Source of the DNA: an uncultured Candidatus Micrarchaeota archaeon
GTDB taxonomy: Archaea; Micrarchaeota; Micrarchaeia; Anstonellales; Bilamarchaeaceae
Length of the DNA stretch: 64,000 bases
Assembly (NCBI GenBank): GCA_903828955.1
Contig: CAIKOA010000032.1
Location: 20,141 to 84,140, forward strand
Direction: 5' to 3'
A program made the position numbers and the translations under genes. The notes beneath the pieces are model-generated. The model did not search any database and had not been told where the DNA came from. It worked only from the letters and a program-made list of their open reading frames with translations. Below are positions 26,304-35,913 of this stretch, piece after piece. Positions within the stretch are counted from its first letter, which is position 1; each line of letters begins with the position of its first letter.

Positions 26304-27239
26304 ATGCTCGCTCTGGACCCCTTCTACCTGGAAATAATCGGAATCGCAGTAGTTGGGATGGCCGCATACATCGCAATCCTCTACATGGCATCCAAATTCC
26401 TCGGCCGCCCGCAGCTCACAGCTTACGCAAACGTTGAGCTGAACCAGCTCGTCGCATCAATCGCAATCCTGGTACTGGCGTTCTTCATAGCGGAATTCGC
26501 AACCACTTTCTCGCAGGCGGTTTCGGGCAGTGACGGCACCCCCATAGACATCTCGGTCAATTTCCTCTCAAAGGTGGTGAACAGGGGCGTGCTCCCGACC
26601 TATTTCGACCTTGTGCGCAGCGAAGTGGTCCTCTCTTACTTCAATTCGCTTGAATACAGGATGGGCCCGGGCGTATGGAACTGGACGACAAAGGCGGTCC
26701 CTGGCCTTGAGCCAATCCTCTCGATAGTGCGCATGCTCGTATTCACCTACACCGCGCTTTATGGAACCCTCAGCATCCAGATAGTCATTTTCCGCTTCAT
26801 AGACGCATTCATGTACACTTTCTTCCTTCCCGCGGGGGTAGTGCTGCGTTTTTTCCCGCCGACGCGGGATGCGGGAATATTCCTCATAGTGATGGCAATC
26901 GCATTCCAGTGCTTTTTCCCCATGCTTTACGCAATCAACTCCACCGCCCTTGATAGCATGTGGTCTCTCCACGGATGGTCGAATGGATACGACCCGCAGG
27001 CAGAGGACATCCAATATTCAGAAGGGATAAGGGCGCAGGCAAGCACAATCCTGGATTTCGGAAACACGATTTCAGACTTTCTCCCGATCTTCCAGCCGTT
27101 TTCGTTCCTCACTTTTCTCCCAACCCTGGACCGCGTGGCCGAAATCTCGCTTGCAGCATTATTCCTCCCTGCATTCTCCATGGGGCTCACGATTGCATTT
27201 ATTAACGCCACAACAAAATTCCTAACCGGAAAGGGATAG
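26304..27239 (+). CDS. Paralog 2 of the six-member membrane protein family
   Basis: It has SKFLGRPQ and FLPAGVVLRFFPPTRDAGIFLIVM. The start overlaps the previous stop (TGAATG). Confidence 0.6.
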   Translation: MLALDPFYLEIIGIAVVGMAAYIAILYMASKFLGRPQLTAYANVELNQLVASIAILVLAFFIAEFATTFSQAVSGSDGTPIDISVNFLSKVVNRGVLPTYFDLVRSEVVLSYFNSLEYRMGPGVWNWTTKAVPGLEPILSIVRMLVFTYTALYGTLSIQIVIFRFIDAFMYTFFLPAGVVLRFFPPTRDAGIFLIVMAIAFQCFFPMLYAINSTALDSMWSLHGWSNGYDPQAEDIQYSEGIRAQASTILDFGNTISDFLPIFQPFSFLTFLPTLDRVAEISLAALFLPAFSMGLTIAFINATTKFLTGKG

Positions 27240-27240
27240 C

Positions 27241-28452
27241 ATGTTGCTCTTGGAACAGATGTTTTCAGACTGGTCGTTGGTGGCCGTTGCGGCCGTGATG
27301 GCAACCACCGCGGTCTATGTGCTCGTCTACCTTTTCGGCCAGTTCCTTTCCGATGAAAAAGTAATCGCCTATGCAAAGCTCGGCTTCGTCGACCTCATCT
27401 ATTCGGGATTCCTGCTCGTAGCCACGGTCTTCATCCTCGGGCTTGCAACCGAAGCCGCAAACGGGTTTGTGGAAACGGCCCATCCCCTCGGCGCGCAAAT
27501 CTGCAGCACCGGCTACGAGGTTCTGCATCCCGATTATGCAAACATGCCCTGCTACATCCGCGGCGCAAAGAACTACCTGGACACCCTCTATATAGAAGGC
27601 AAGGCATTCAACTATCAACTGCTCACGATGAGCATCTGGTTCTCCTTTTTCCAGGGAATAGGGATAAACGCGGATTTCCATGAGCACGCAACCGGAACCG
27701 TCCAGTTTTCGCCAATAGGGGGCGCATTTACCGTTCCCCTGGGGATATATACCTACATGTTTGAATTCGCCTCGAAAGCCCTCATAATGATAAGGTTCCA
27801 GCAGTTCTTCCTCTACTTCATAAACATCGCCCTTTTCCCCGCCCTCACCGTGATTGGGCTGATCCTGCGAATATTGCCGTTCACGCGCAAGCTCGGTGGG
27901 CTTCTGATGGCAATTGGCATCTCACTTTTCTTCGTTTTCCCAATGTTCTATGTAATGGGGGGAATAGTGCTCGAGAACATCCGCAAGGATCAGACGAACC
28001 CGAGCGACCCGGTAATCGGCACCTTCAATTTCGACAGCAACGCATTCTACCAAAAACTGGGCGTTGCAGCAACGGCCGACCAGCAGGACTATGAAGCGCT
28101 TCTAAACGACCCGAATTTCGCATACAAATCCGCAGGGGACCTCCAGAATAAGGTGAAAGGCCTCAACTATTGCACCGCCTCAACAGCCGGTGACATATCC
28201 ACCCTCCAGACAATCGCGGACACCGTGAAGCAGCTCGTCTATGCAATTGATTTCACAGGCATCGTCTCCAATGAAGACTACATCAATTCGCTTGTGGGCC
28301 CAGGAGGCGTAATCGACGGAACCGCGCGCCTCGTATTCTTTTCAATGTTCTTCACATTGCTCTCAGTTTTCTCAACGGTTGGCGCAGTAAGGGCGCTGTC
28401 GCCGCTCCTGGGGGGAGATACGGAAATCGCAGGGCTTACGCACCTGATATGA
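27241..28452 (+). CDS. Paralog 3 of the six-member membrane protein family
   Basis: It has GQFLSDEK and LILRILPFTRKLGGLLMAIG. The C-terminus is GGDTEIAGLTHLI*. Confidence 0.6.
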   Translation: MLLLEQMFSDWSLVAVAAVMATTAVYVLVYLFGQFLSDEKVIAYAKLGFVDLIYSGFLLVATVFILGLATEAANGFVETAHPLGAQICSTGYEVLHPDYANMPCYIRGAKNYLDTLYIEGKAFNYQLLTMSIWFSFFQGIGINADFHEHATGTVQFSPIGGAFTVPLGIYTYMFEFASKALIMIRFQQFFLYFINIALFPALTVIGLILRILPFTRKLGGLLMAIGISLFFVFPMFYVMGGIVLENIRKDQTNPSDPVIGTFNFDSNAFYQKLGVAATADQQDYEALLNDPNFAYKSAGDLQNKVKGLNYCTASTAGDISTLQTIADTVKQLVYAIDFTGIVSNEDYINSLVGPGGVIDGTARLVFFSMFFTLLSVFSTVGAVRALSPLLGGDTEIAGLTHLI

Positions 28453-28465
28453 GGGATAAAACGGA

Positions 28466-29605
28466 ATGCACGCAAACATGAAAATCCTGCTCGTTTTCCT
28501 GCTTCTCCTCAGCTGCGCGTTTGCAGATGACACCCCGAGCACCACGGATTTTTCCAACCTGGACACGACCGCAGGCAAGATAGACGACCAGATAACCGCC
28601 TCTCTTGAAGATTCCGGCATCCTCACAGGGGCCTGCTCCGCAGACCCGGATGGCAGCCTTGTCTCGCTCCTTGGGCCGGCAATGCTTGCGCTCATCCTGG
28701 TCTCCTTCGGAATCGCCATCTTCTACATGGTGGGAAAATTCCTGGATTCCCCGCCCCTTGTGGCCATTGCAAGGAGCGAAACACTTGAAGTGATCAACAC
28801 CGCATTGATAGTGATACTCTTCGCCGCCTTTGTCGCATTTGCAGGAAACATTGTTTTCGGGGGGCAGCCAGACGCGGTTTTCAACAAGTCGATAAACTAT
28901 TCTTCTGTAATGATACATAAGATCTCCAAGGACATGTTCTGGCTTTCAGCATTGAACACCCTCATCCACATGCTCTATGCGGCGCCGCTGCGCCTCGGAG
29001 TCCTCTACCACGCAGTACGCTTCAACCTCGGTGGCCTGCTGAAACCCTTCGTGGACGGAATCGGGACGATGGCGTCCCTCCTTTCATTTGCCCTCGGCGA
29101 GTGGATAGCCAACCTGAATGTGCTCTGCTTTATCCAGAAATTCGTGCCAACGGTACTTCTTCCAATCGGGGTGATTTTCCGCAGCCTTCCCCAGACAAGG
29201 GGAGGGGGCAACGCGATAATCGGGTTCGCAGTCGCGCTCTTCCTTGTTTATCCATCGATGATATACCTGAACTTCCAGGCGTACCAATACCAGTTCGGGA
29301 CCGTTGAGTCAAGGAGCAATATCCAGGAAATAACCAAGGACTTCACGCTCTATAGCGGGGTTGGCGCCTTTACGGTCGGCTTCATCTGGCTTCGCTCAAT
29401 TACCGGAATGCTGATCGGCCTTCCTTTCCTGCTAGGGCTCATCACAACCGTAATAGACGTTTATGCGGATGTCCTGTACACTGTTTTCGTGCTGAGCATC
29501 ATGCTTCCGCTATTGAACATCTTCATCACGCTCACAGTGGCGCGTGAGGTTGCAAAATACCTGGGCACTGAGATCAATATAAGCGCATTCACCAAGCTGA
29601 TATGA
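28466..29605 (+). CDS. Paralog 4 of the six-member membrane protein family (has cleavable-looking N-terminal signal peptide)
   Basis: The N-terminus is MHANMKILLVFLLLLSCAFADD. It has GKFLDSPP and LLPIGVIFRSLPQTRGGGNAIIGF. The C-terminus is GTEINISAFTKLI*. Confidence 0.6.
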   Translation: MHANMKILLVFLLLLSCAFADDTPSTTDFSNLDTTAGKIDDQITASLEDSGILTGACSADPDGSLVSLLGPAMLALILVSFGIAIFYMVGKFLDSPPLVAIARSETLEVINTALIVILFAAFVAFAGNIVFGGQPDAVFNKSINYSSVMIHKISKDMFWLSALNTLIHMLYAAPLRLGVLYHAVRFNLGGLLKPFVDGIGTMASLLSFALGEWIANLNVLCFIQKFVPTVLLPIGVIFRSLPQTRGGGNAIIGFAVALFLVYPSMIYLNFQAYQYQFGTVESRSNIQEITKDFTLYSGVGAFTVGFIWLRSITGMLIGLPFLLGLITTVIDVYADVLYTVFVLSIMLPLLNIFITLTVAREVAKYLGTEINISAFTKLI

Positions 29606-29611
29606 GGGGTA

Positions 29612-30685
29612 ATGAAAATGGGGATACTGGCAACGGCGCAAATCTGCAACCATTCTTCAATCACCGAAGTGTTCTTCATCCCCGAGTGGCAATCCCTTGC
29701 GTTCCTTGCGCTTGTCTGCTCTGCGGCGCTGCTCGCGATTGCCTACATGCTGAACCGCTTCCTCAACAATGAAGAAGGGCAGGTCGCCCTGAAGCTGGAG
29801 CTTTTCGAGCTCTTCGCAACCGCATTCGTAATCTTCGTTTCTATAGGGCTTGTGCAGTCTGCCTGCGAGGTCGAAGCCAGCGGCATATTCTTCGATCCCC
29901 AGCACATGCAGGCGGGAGACAATCTTTTTGATGCGGCCGAAGCGGTCCTCCAGGATTTCTCCGTGGACCTTGCACTGGCGATGACGGCCCTGCACACTGT
30001 GTACATCCCCATTGATTTCCAGACCACCACCACGCTCACGATGCAGCCCATGGGCCTAGGTACCGTCATCCAGCCCACTTCAGGAATCGGCGCAATCGTG
30101 AAGCCGGCAATGCTGAACGCGATGCAGGCAATAGCGCTTGCATACATCGTAATACGCGCGGAGCAGTTCGTCCTTGATTTCTCCACCTATGCGCTCATCA
30201 CTTTCTATTTCCCTATAGGCATCATTCTCCGTTCCTTCACCCCTACCAGAAGGATAGGGGGGACCATAATCGGGCTCGTGCTCGGGCTCGTGCTGGTGTT
30301 CCCGTTCCTCATCATCCTCAACGGCGCGGTTGCCTTCAGCATCTGGCCGAACGTAAATCCCTTTTCGTTCACCGATTCGGATTGGGATAACCTGAAAAAC
30401 TTCACAACCGGCTCCTTTACCGGGATGTTTGGCTCGCTTACCGGCATTTCGGACCTTGCGAATCCGTTCAATTTCTTCTATGCGATCAACCAGCTAATCG
30501 GGGGCACATTCGGGGCAATAATCGGCTTCGTGATATTCTTCTTCATGCGCAGCGCAGGGGCCGCCTTTTTCATAGGGCTCTTTTTCCCCGCCCTCAACAC
30601 CCTCCTGCTGGTCACAACGGTCCGATACATTACAAAATCCCTCGGTGAAGAGATAGATGTGACAAACCTGACGAGGCTGATCTGA
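29612..30685 (+). CDS. Paralog 5 of the six-member membrane protein family
   Basis: It has NRFLNNEE and YFPIGIILRSFTPTRRIGGTIIGL. The C-terminus is GEEIDVTNLTRLI*. Confidence 0.6.
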   Translation: MKMGILATAQICNHSSITEVFFIPEWQSLAFLALVCSAALLAIAYMLNRFLNNEEGQVALKLELFELFATAFVIFVSIGLVQSACEVEASGIFFDPQHMQAGDNLFDAAEAVLQDFSVDLALAMTALHTVYIPIDFQTTTTLTMQPMGLGTVIQPTSGIGAIVKPAMLNAMQAIALAYIVIRAEQFVLDFSTYALITFYFPIGIILRSFTPTRRIGGTIIGLVLGLVLVFPFLIILNGAVAFSIWPNVNPFSFTDSDWDNLKNFTTGSFTGMFGSLTGISDLANPFNFFYAINQLIGGTFGAIIGFVIFFFMRSAGAAFFIGLFFPALNTLLLVTTVRYITKSLGEEIDVTNLTRLI

Positions 30686-30686
30686 A

Positions 30687-31718
30687 ATGGAGTCCTGGGA
30701 AACAATCACGATAATCGCGGTACTGCTCTCCTTTGCGATTTCCGCGGTCATGATAATGTTCTCGCGGCTTTTCCAGCTCCCCGCCCTTGAGCAGTGGGCA
30801 AAAGCCGAAATGGTCTTCACAATCTCCACAGTGGTGCTCGTAATCTGCATTTTCGCGCTGATTGATGTGATCCAGCCCGTAATTGTGCAGATAGTGAGGG
30901 ACATGACCGAAGCGAATTTCGCCTCCACCACCGGGCAAACCCTCCTTTCCCCTGACAATGCAACCCTGATGGATTTCGCCCTTGCCTACATGAAATCCGT
31001 CTTCACCTGCATAACGGGGATCCTCAAATTCCTTATGAAGCTCTCTTTCCCAGCAGAGATGGCCGCCTCTTTCACCACCGATGCCTTCATGTTCGACCTT
31101 GTGACTGGCTGGGCGTTCAAGAGCGTGGTGCAAAGCATCCGGAACGTCGCCAACTACATGACCTTCACTATCTTCATATACTATGTTTTCGTGCACATAA
31201 TGCGCTTCATCCAGGCAACCGCATTAACTGTTTTCCTTCCAGTTGGAATCGTGCTGAGGCAGTTCCCCCCCACCCGCGGCTCCGGCGCGTTCATACTCGC
31301 ATTCGCCCTTGGATTTTATTTCGTATTCCCGTTTGCCTACATAATCGCAGTGAACATCGCTCCGCAGACAATGGCTTGCCCGATAGTTCCTGAGTTCGAT
31401 TACATTCCCGCAAGCTGCGGCTCCGCAAACCCAGACAGCGCATTCGCGTCCACGCTCTGGGTTGAATCAAGCGGAAACAGGGTTTTGAACTTCCTGAACT
31501 CCCTTGGCACATACATTTCCGATGTTTCCCTTGACCCGTTCAGCGTGGTTCCGGATGCCCTTGAATTTACCGGAGGGCAGCTGACCGGTTTTGCAATCAA
31601 CCTCTGCTGCCTGCCCTTCCTTGCGATGGTAATCACGATGAGCTTCATCCTTTCCACAACCAACCTTTTCGGCGCCAATCTGCCGGAGGTGGGAAGGGGA
31701 TTCGTCAAGTTAATCTAA
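30687..31718 (+). CDS. Paralog 6 of the six-member membrane protein family
   Basis: It has FLPVGIVLRQFPPTRGSGAFILAF. The C-terminus is LPEVGRGFVKLI*. It begins 1 nt after the paralog 5 stop. Confidence 0.6.
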   Translation: MESWETITIIAVLLSFAISAVMIMFSRLFQLPALEQWAKAEMVFTISTVVLVICIFALIDVIQPVIVQIVRDMTEANFASTTGQTLLSPDNATLMDFALAYMKSVFTCITGILKFLMKLSFPAEMAASFTTDAFMFDLVTGWAFKSVVQSIRNVANYMTFTIFIYYVFVHIMRFIQATALTVFLPVGIVLRQFPPTRGSGAFILAFALGFYFVFPFAYIIAVNIAPQTMACPIVPEFDYIPASCGSANPDSAFASTLWVESSGNRVLNFLNSLGTYISDVSLDPFSVVPDALEFTGGQLTGFAINLCCLPFLAMVITMSFILSTTNLFGANLPEVGRGFVKLI

Positions 31719-31730
31719 TTCAATTTCAAT

Positions 31731-32708
31731 TTATTTTTTCTCTTTAGTCCATAAGTAGTGGTAGAACGGGCTCTTCTCCGCCCCGCTCTTCAATAATTCA
31801 ATATCATATCCTTCCTTCTCAATCAATTTAATCTTCTCATCAATTTCTTCCTCACTAAGATAATCCATCCGTTTCATCTCAACCGCAAATACTTTCTCGT
31901 GAAGAATCCTCTGCACAAACTCATCCTGGTGCTCCACCTTACCCCCGCACCTCCTCCCCATGAATCCAAAATCTATATCCACTGTGGGCTGCCCCCCATA
32001 TTCGCGCACAACCGACTCATTCCAAATCTCTGGAGGCAATTCCGTAATCTCCCCCTCCCCATAGAATCCATACTCAAATATGCTAATCCCTCCTCCCTCG
32101 CGCAATTTCTTCTTCCATTCCTCCACAATCCCAATCGCCCGCAAATTCACCGGAATCCAGTAAAGTTCCGGAGCCCCCTTCATCCGCTCCGCAGCAATTT
32201 TCGGAGGCTTGCTCTCCTCTGCAACCGCAATCTCCCCATTATTCTCCCCCACCTCGTAGATTTTCTTCCCCTTGCGCATGAATACGCGCGCAGGCACATC
32301 GTCCAAAAGCTCATTCGCCCGAACCCAGAACGCCTCCTTCATTTTTGCGCAATCCTCCGCAGGCGCACAAACGCTTTCCACAGAAAACTCCTTCAAATTC
32401 TCCTGCGCCTCCTCCAGCATTTTCGCGCTCACATCCCAGAGCATATATGCAATCCGTTTCCCAACCGAAGAATCCAGTGCATTCACTTCTTCCAAAAAGT
32501 TCCTCGCAAACTGCCCATCCCCAACCCCAAAATCATAAACCCTTAATTCCCCTTCCACATTGCGCGCATATGGAATAAACTCAAATGCGCATGCCCTCCC
32601 CAATCTCCGTGAAGCAGCAAAAGTCTTGAAATCCGAATAAATTCCCTTTCCCTTTTGCGAATAATACTTTCTATTTTCCTCTTCCATGAACGTTTCCACG
32701 GTCTTCAT
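31731..32708 (-). CDS. Putative class I SAM-dependent methyltransferase
   Basis: A motif-I-like block (VYDFGVGDGQF) is followed by an acidic post-I residue (YMLWDVS). No specific family was recognised. Confidence 0.45.
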   Translation of the reverse strand: MKTVETFMEEENRKYYSQKGKGIYSDFKTFAASRRLGRACAFEFIPYARNVEGELRVYDFGVGDGQFARNFLEEVNALDSSVGKRIAYMLWDVSAKMLEEAQENLKEFSVESVCAPAEDCAKMKEAFWVRANELLDDVPARVFMRKGKKIYEVGENNGEIAVAEESKPPKIAAERMKGAPELYWIPVNLRAIGIVEEWKKKLREGGGISIFEYGFYGEGEITELPPEIWNESVVREYGGQPTVDIDFGFMGRRCGGKVEHQDEFVQRILHEKVFAVEMKRMDYLSEEEIDEKIKLIEKEGYDIELLKSGAEKSPFYHYLWTKEKK

Positions 32709-32761
32709 GCCTCAGTTCTCCCCCCGAAAACAATAATAACCATATCTTTGAAATAGCAGCC

Positions 32762-33319
32762 ATGGAAAGGTTCGTCCTCGATACCAGCCTGTTCGTAAAC
32801 CCCGCCTGCAGAACGCAGTTCGGGAAAGACCCGGGAGCCGCAATAAAGGGCTTCGTAAAGAAGGCAAGTTCCAAAAAGAATAAGGCAGACTTCTTCATGC
32901 CGCCAATCGTATTCACTGAGCTTGAGAATTTCGCAGGAAAGGATGTTTCCAAACTGGCAACACTGGTGAAGAAGCGCGCCCCGAATGTATACGGAATATT
33001 CATCCCAGCCGCGATCCTCTACTCTTATACGGAAGATGTGCGCCTCCGCATAAACAAGGGCCTCCATCTTGCGGAAGAATACGCAAGGGATAATACTCCT
33101 GATAATGCAGCAAAGGTAAACAAGCTCAGGGAACGCTACCGCGACTCGATGCGAAAAGGCTTAGTAGATAGCAAGGAAGACCTGGAAATAATCCTCCTCG
33201 CCTACGAACTCGGCGCAAGGATAGTCACCGCAGATGAAGGAATAATCCGCCTCGCAAACCAAATCGGAGTGGAATGGATAGAAGCAGGGGAATTCGGAAA
33301 CCTTCTCAAAGCACTCTAG
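32762..33319 (+). CDS. PIN-domain protein resembling HARP (homolog of Aquifex RNase P, PIN_5 family)
   Basis: It is about 185 aa. The N-terminal is FVLDTSLFVNP. It has FFMPPIVFTELE, VRLRINKGLHLAEEY, LRERYRDSMRKGLVDSKEDLEIILLAYELGARIVTADEGI. Assignment to HARP specifically is from memory of the Aq_880 family. Confidence 0.5.
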   Translation: MERFVLDTSLFVNPACRTQFGKDPGAAIKGFVKKASSKKNKADFFMPPIVFTELENFAGKDVSKLATLVKKRAPNVYGIFIPAAILYSYTEDVRLRINKGLHLAEEYARDNTPDNAAKVNKLRERYRDSMRKGLVDSKEDLEIILLAYELGARIVTADEGIIRLANQIGVEWIEAGEFGNLLKAL

Positions 33320-34389
33320 TCTGCCTGCGAATAGCCTTCAATCGCCCTGCGCACCTGCTTGCTTCCCTGCCTGAATATTTTCCTGAATTTAATCCTGAAC
33401 CCATTTCTTTCCCGCACAGGAGGCTCGGCCTTAATCTCCACCTCATGCGACATATGCGAAGTTATTTTCTTCCAGGTGTCCATGCTCTTAACCAGAATTT
33501 CAAAATTCTCGGAAACTTCCCCCTTATTCTTAATTGAAGAATAAAGCCCGGAGTGCATCGCCTCCCCAAGCCTCTTATCGTATTCACTCTTATCCAATCC
33601 GAGTTCCGAAATCGAAATCGCAGACCTGAACACCCTCTGCTTCATGAACCCGATCGGCATATCAAAGATTTGCGCGGAATTCTCCCTCAGATCCCGTATA
33701 TCCGAAGAAGGAACCACGAATTTCAAAACCTTGCGCGGGTTATCCTGCCTCATAACCATTCCTTCAGAGCCGCGCTTATCCAGGGAAACCGCAATCTCCT
33801 TCAACTTCTTAATCTCCGGAGTTTTCGTGTGCCCAAGGAAAGGAACAGCAGAAAGCCCGAATTTCTCGCAGAGGTGCATCCTCTCCATGTAATGCACAAA
33901 ATCATTTTTCCCATTCCCAATATCGAATACGAAATAGCGAACATCAAATTCAGAAGTGGGCGCAGTATACGGGGTATTCCCAATCATTTCAAAGTGAAGG
34001 ACCAATCTCGGATATTTGGAAAAGAACCTCATCACTTCCGGAAATCCCGCCATCTTCTCGGTTGCAAAATAATCCAAAAACCCGCCGCGCGAAACGCAAT
34101 ACAATTTCCCGTTCTCATAAACCGCGCGCAAATTGAACCCATCTATTTTCTCTTCAATCCAGAGCTCCTTCTCCTCATCTAAATTCTTATTAACTCCCTT
34201 TTCTAAGGAAAAAACCCGCCTTATTTTCGGATATCCATAAACAACCCGTTTTCCAATCACAACAGTTCCGCGGGGAACCTCATCCCCGATTGATTCCGTA
34301 AACCTGTAAATCCCATCCTTCTTCTCAACCCTTCCCTTGCCTATTGCCTCAAGTATTTTCCTCTTTAGGGAGCTCTTCAGGTCTTCCAT
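33316..34389 (-). CDS. ATP-dependent RNA ligase, archaeal Rnl3 / Pab1020-MthRnl family
   Basis: Nucleotidyltransferase motif I is EEKIDGFNLRAVYENGKLYCVSRGG (KxDGxN). Length is about 357 aa, consistent with archaeal RNA ligases. Confidence 0.65.
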   Translation of the reverse strand: MEDLKSSLKRKILEAIGKGRVEKKDGIYRFTESIGDEVPRGTVVIGKRVVYGYPKIRRVFSLEKGVNKNLDEEKELWIEEKIDGFNLRAVYENGKLYCVSRGGFLDYFATEKMAGFPEVMRFFSKYPRLVLHFEMIGNTPYTAPTSEFDVRYFVFDIGNGKNDFVHYMERMHLCEKFGLSAVPFLGHTKTPEIKKLKEIAVSLDKRGSEGMVMRQDNPRKVLKFVVPSSDIRDLRENSAQIFDMPIGFMKQRVFRSAISISELGLDKSEYDKRLGEAMHSGLYSSIKNKGEVSENFEILVKSMDTWKKITSHMSHEVEIKAEPPVRERNGFRIKFRKIFRQGSKQVRRAIEGYSQAD

Positions 34390-35904
34390 CTAGTTCTCTC
34401 CACCCTCTTTATGCCTATGGGTAGGTTCTTTCTCGGAGTGCGCATGGACTTTTTCTCCACCCCTTTCAACTTCCTTCTTATGTTCATGCGGTTCCTTATG
34501 CAAAGGAGTTTCCTTATGCGGAGGCTTCTGAGAATGCACTTCCTCCTTTTTGGCGGGAAGAGGCTGCTTCCGGTTCTCAATCACTTTTTGCACAATCCGT
34601 TTATCCGCGGCAGCACGCGCCTTCTCAGCCTCTTTTCTGGCAAGAACGTCGTCCTCATCTTCATCCTCGTCGCCGCCCACGCGCACATTCCTGGTAGTGA
34701 TCCTCACTCCAATCGCAGTGAATACGATCGAAGCAACAATCACCACAAACGCAATCTGCGTGAAGGCTTCAAATTGATTATAGAGTGTCCAGTAGGCATA
34801 CGGGGTAATTTTCCCCACGCTGTCCGCAATCATCGTAACCGGGTACATCGCAAGGATTGCGGCCGCAAGCCCGCGCGGCATCAAAGACCGTATCTGGCCC
34901 TCGTTCTCCGTTAATTCGCTCTTGAACAGGGCAAGCTTCACCGCAATGAACCTCGCAACCATGAGAATTACCGCAATTCCAACCCCAATCAATACCACGT
35001 TCAAGTCCGTGATGCTCACAATCATCCCAAGGAATACGAACACAAAAGTGCGCACAAGGAAGGAAATCTCCTCCTGGAACTGCACCATCCTGGGCTCATG
35101 GGTGACATCCTTGAATTTCAGCATCTTCCCGATCTCGGTAGCGTTCCCAAGCATCATTCCAAACATAAGCGCTGCAATTGCGCCGCTTCCTCCCATGAAC
35201 TCCGTAAGTATGTACAATCCAAGCATTAGCGCAAGCGTAAGCATGTAGTAGAAATGCAATTTCCTCATCTTGCTGCTGAGTGCAAGCCAGGCCATCCCGA
35301 ATATTCCTCCAAGAACAGCCCCAATGGAGAAAGCCGCAATCATGTTCCTCGTGGTCCCTTCCACGCTTGCGTGGCCAGAAATGACCGCCTCAATCAGAGA
35401 TAATACAAGCACCGCGCCAACGATATCTGTCATTGAGGACTCAATGGTAACCGTCTGCCTCGCCTTTCCGCTTATGGGCATTCCCTTTGCAATGGGAATC
35501 ACTATTTCCCCTGCGGTTCCGGATACGATTACCCCTAAGATAAGCCCGGTAATCAAATCATGCCCGAGCCCCACCCATACTCCCGCAACCAGCAGCGCCG
35601 CAAGCCCCATCCCCACACTCCCAAGAAGGACCCCTCTTCCGCTCTCGTGTATAATCTTGTATAAGTTCATCTCCAGCCCGCCTTCAAGCAGGAGTATTAC
35701 CAGCGCGAGAGGCGCAACAATATACTCAATGCTGAGCATTAAGTTTACATCAACTATGTGCGTGACCGGACCCAAAGCAAGCCCCGCTGCAAGCAAAATA
35801 AGCGGGGAAGGAATCATGAACCTCCTGAAAAGAACCTCTCCCAAAAACCCGACAAAAATTATTCCCGCAATAATTGCAAACGCTATCAGGGTCTCAATCA
35901 TCAT
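34390..35904 (-). CDS. Na+/H+ (cation:proton) antiporter, CPA1/NhaP type, with hydrophilic K/E-rich C-terminal tail
   Basis: It has 10-13 predicted TM helices over the first ~400 aa with NhaP-like organisation. The tail is charged (HKEPHEHKKEVERGGEK...). Confidence 0.7.
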   Translation of the reverse strand: MMIETLIAFAIIAGIIFVGFLGEVLFRRFMIPSPLILLAAGLALGPVTHIVDVNLMLSIEYIVAPLALVILLLEGGLEMNLYKIIHESGRGVLLGSVGMGLAALLVAGVWVGLGHDLITGLILGVIVSGTAGEIVIPIAKGMPISGKARQTVTIESSMTDIVGAVLVLSLIEAVISGHASVEGTTRNMIAAFSIGAVLGGIFGMAWLALSSKMRKLHFYYMLTLALMLGLYILTEFMGGSGAIAALMFGMMLGNATEIGKMLKFKDVTHEPRMVQFQEEISFLVRTFVFVFLGMIVSITDLNVVLIGVGIAVILMVARFIAVKLALFKSELTENEGQIRSLMPRGLAAAILAMYPVTMIADSVGKITPYAYWTLYNQFEAFTQIAFVVIVASIVFTAIGVRITTRNVRVGGDEDEDEDDVLARKEAEKARAAADKRIVQKVIENRKQPLPAKKEEVHSQKPPHKETPLHKEPHEHKKEVERGGEKVHAHSEKEPTHRHKEGGEN

Positions 35905-35913
35905 CTTTATCGC

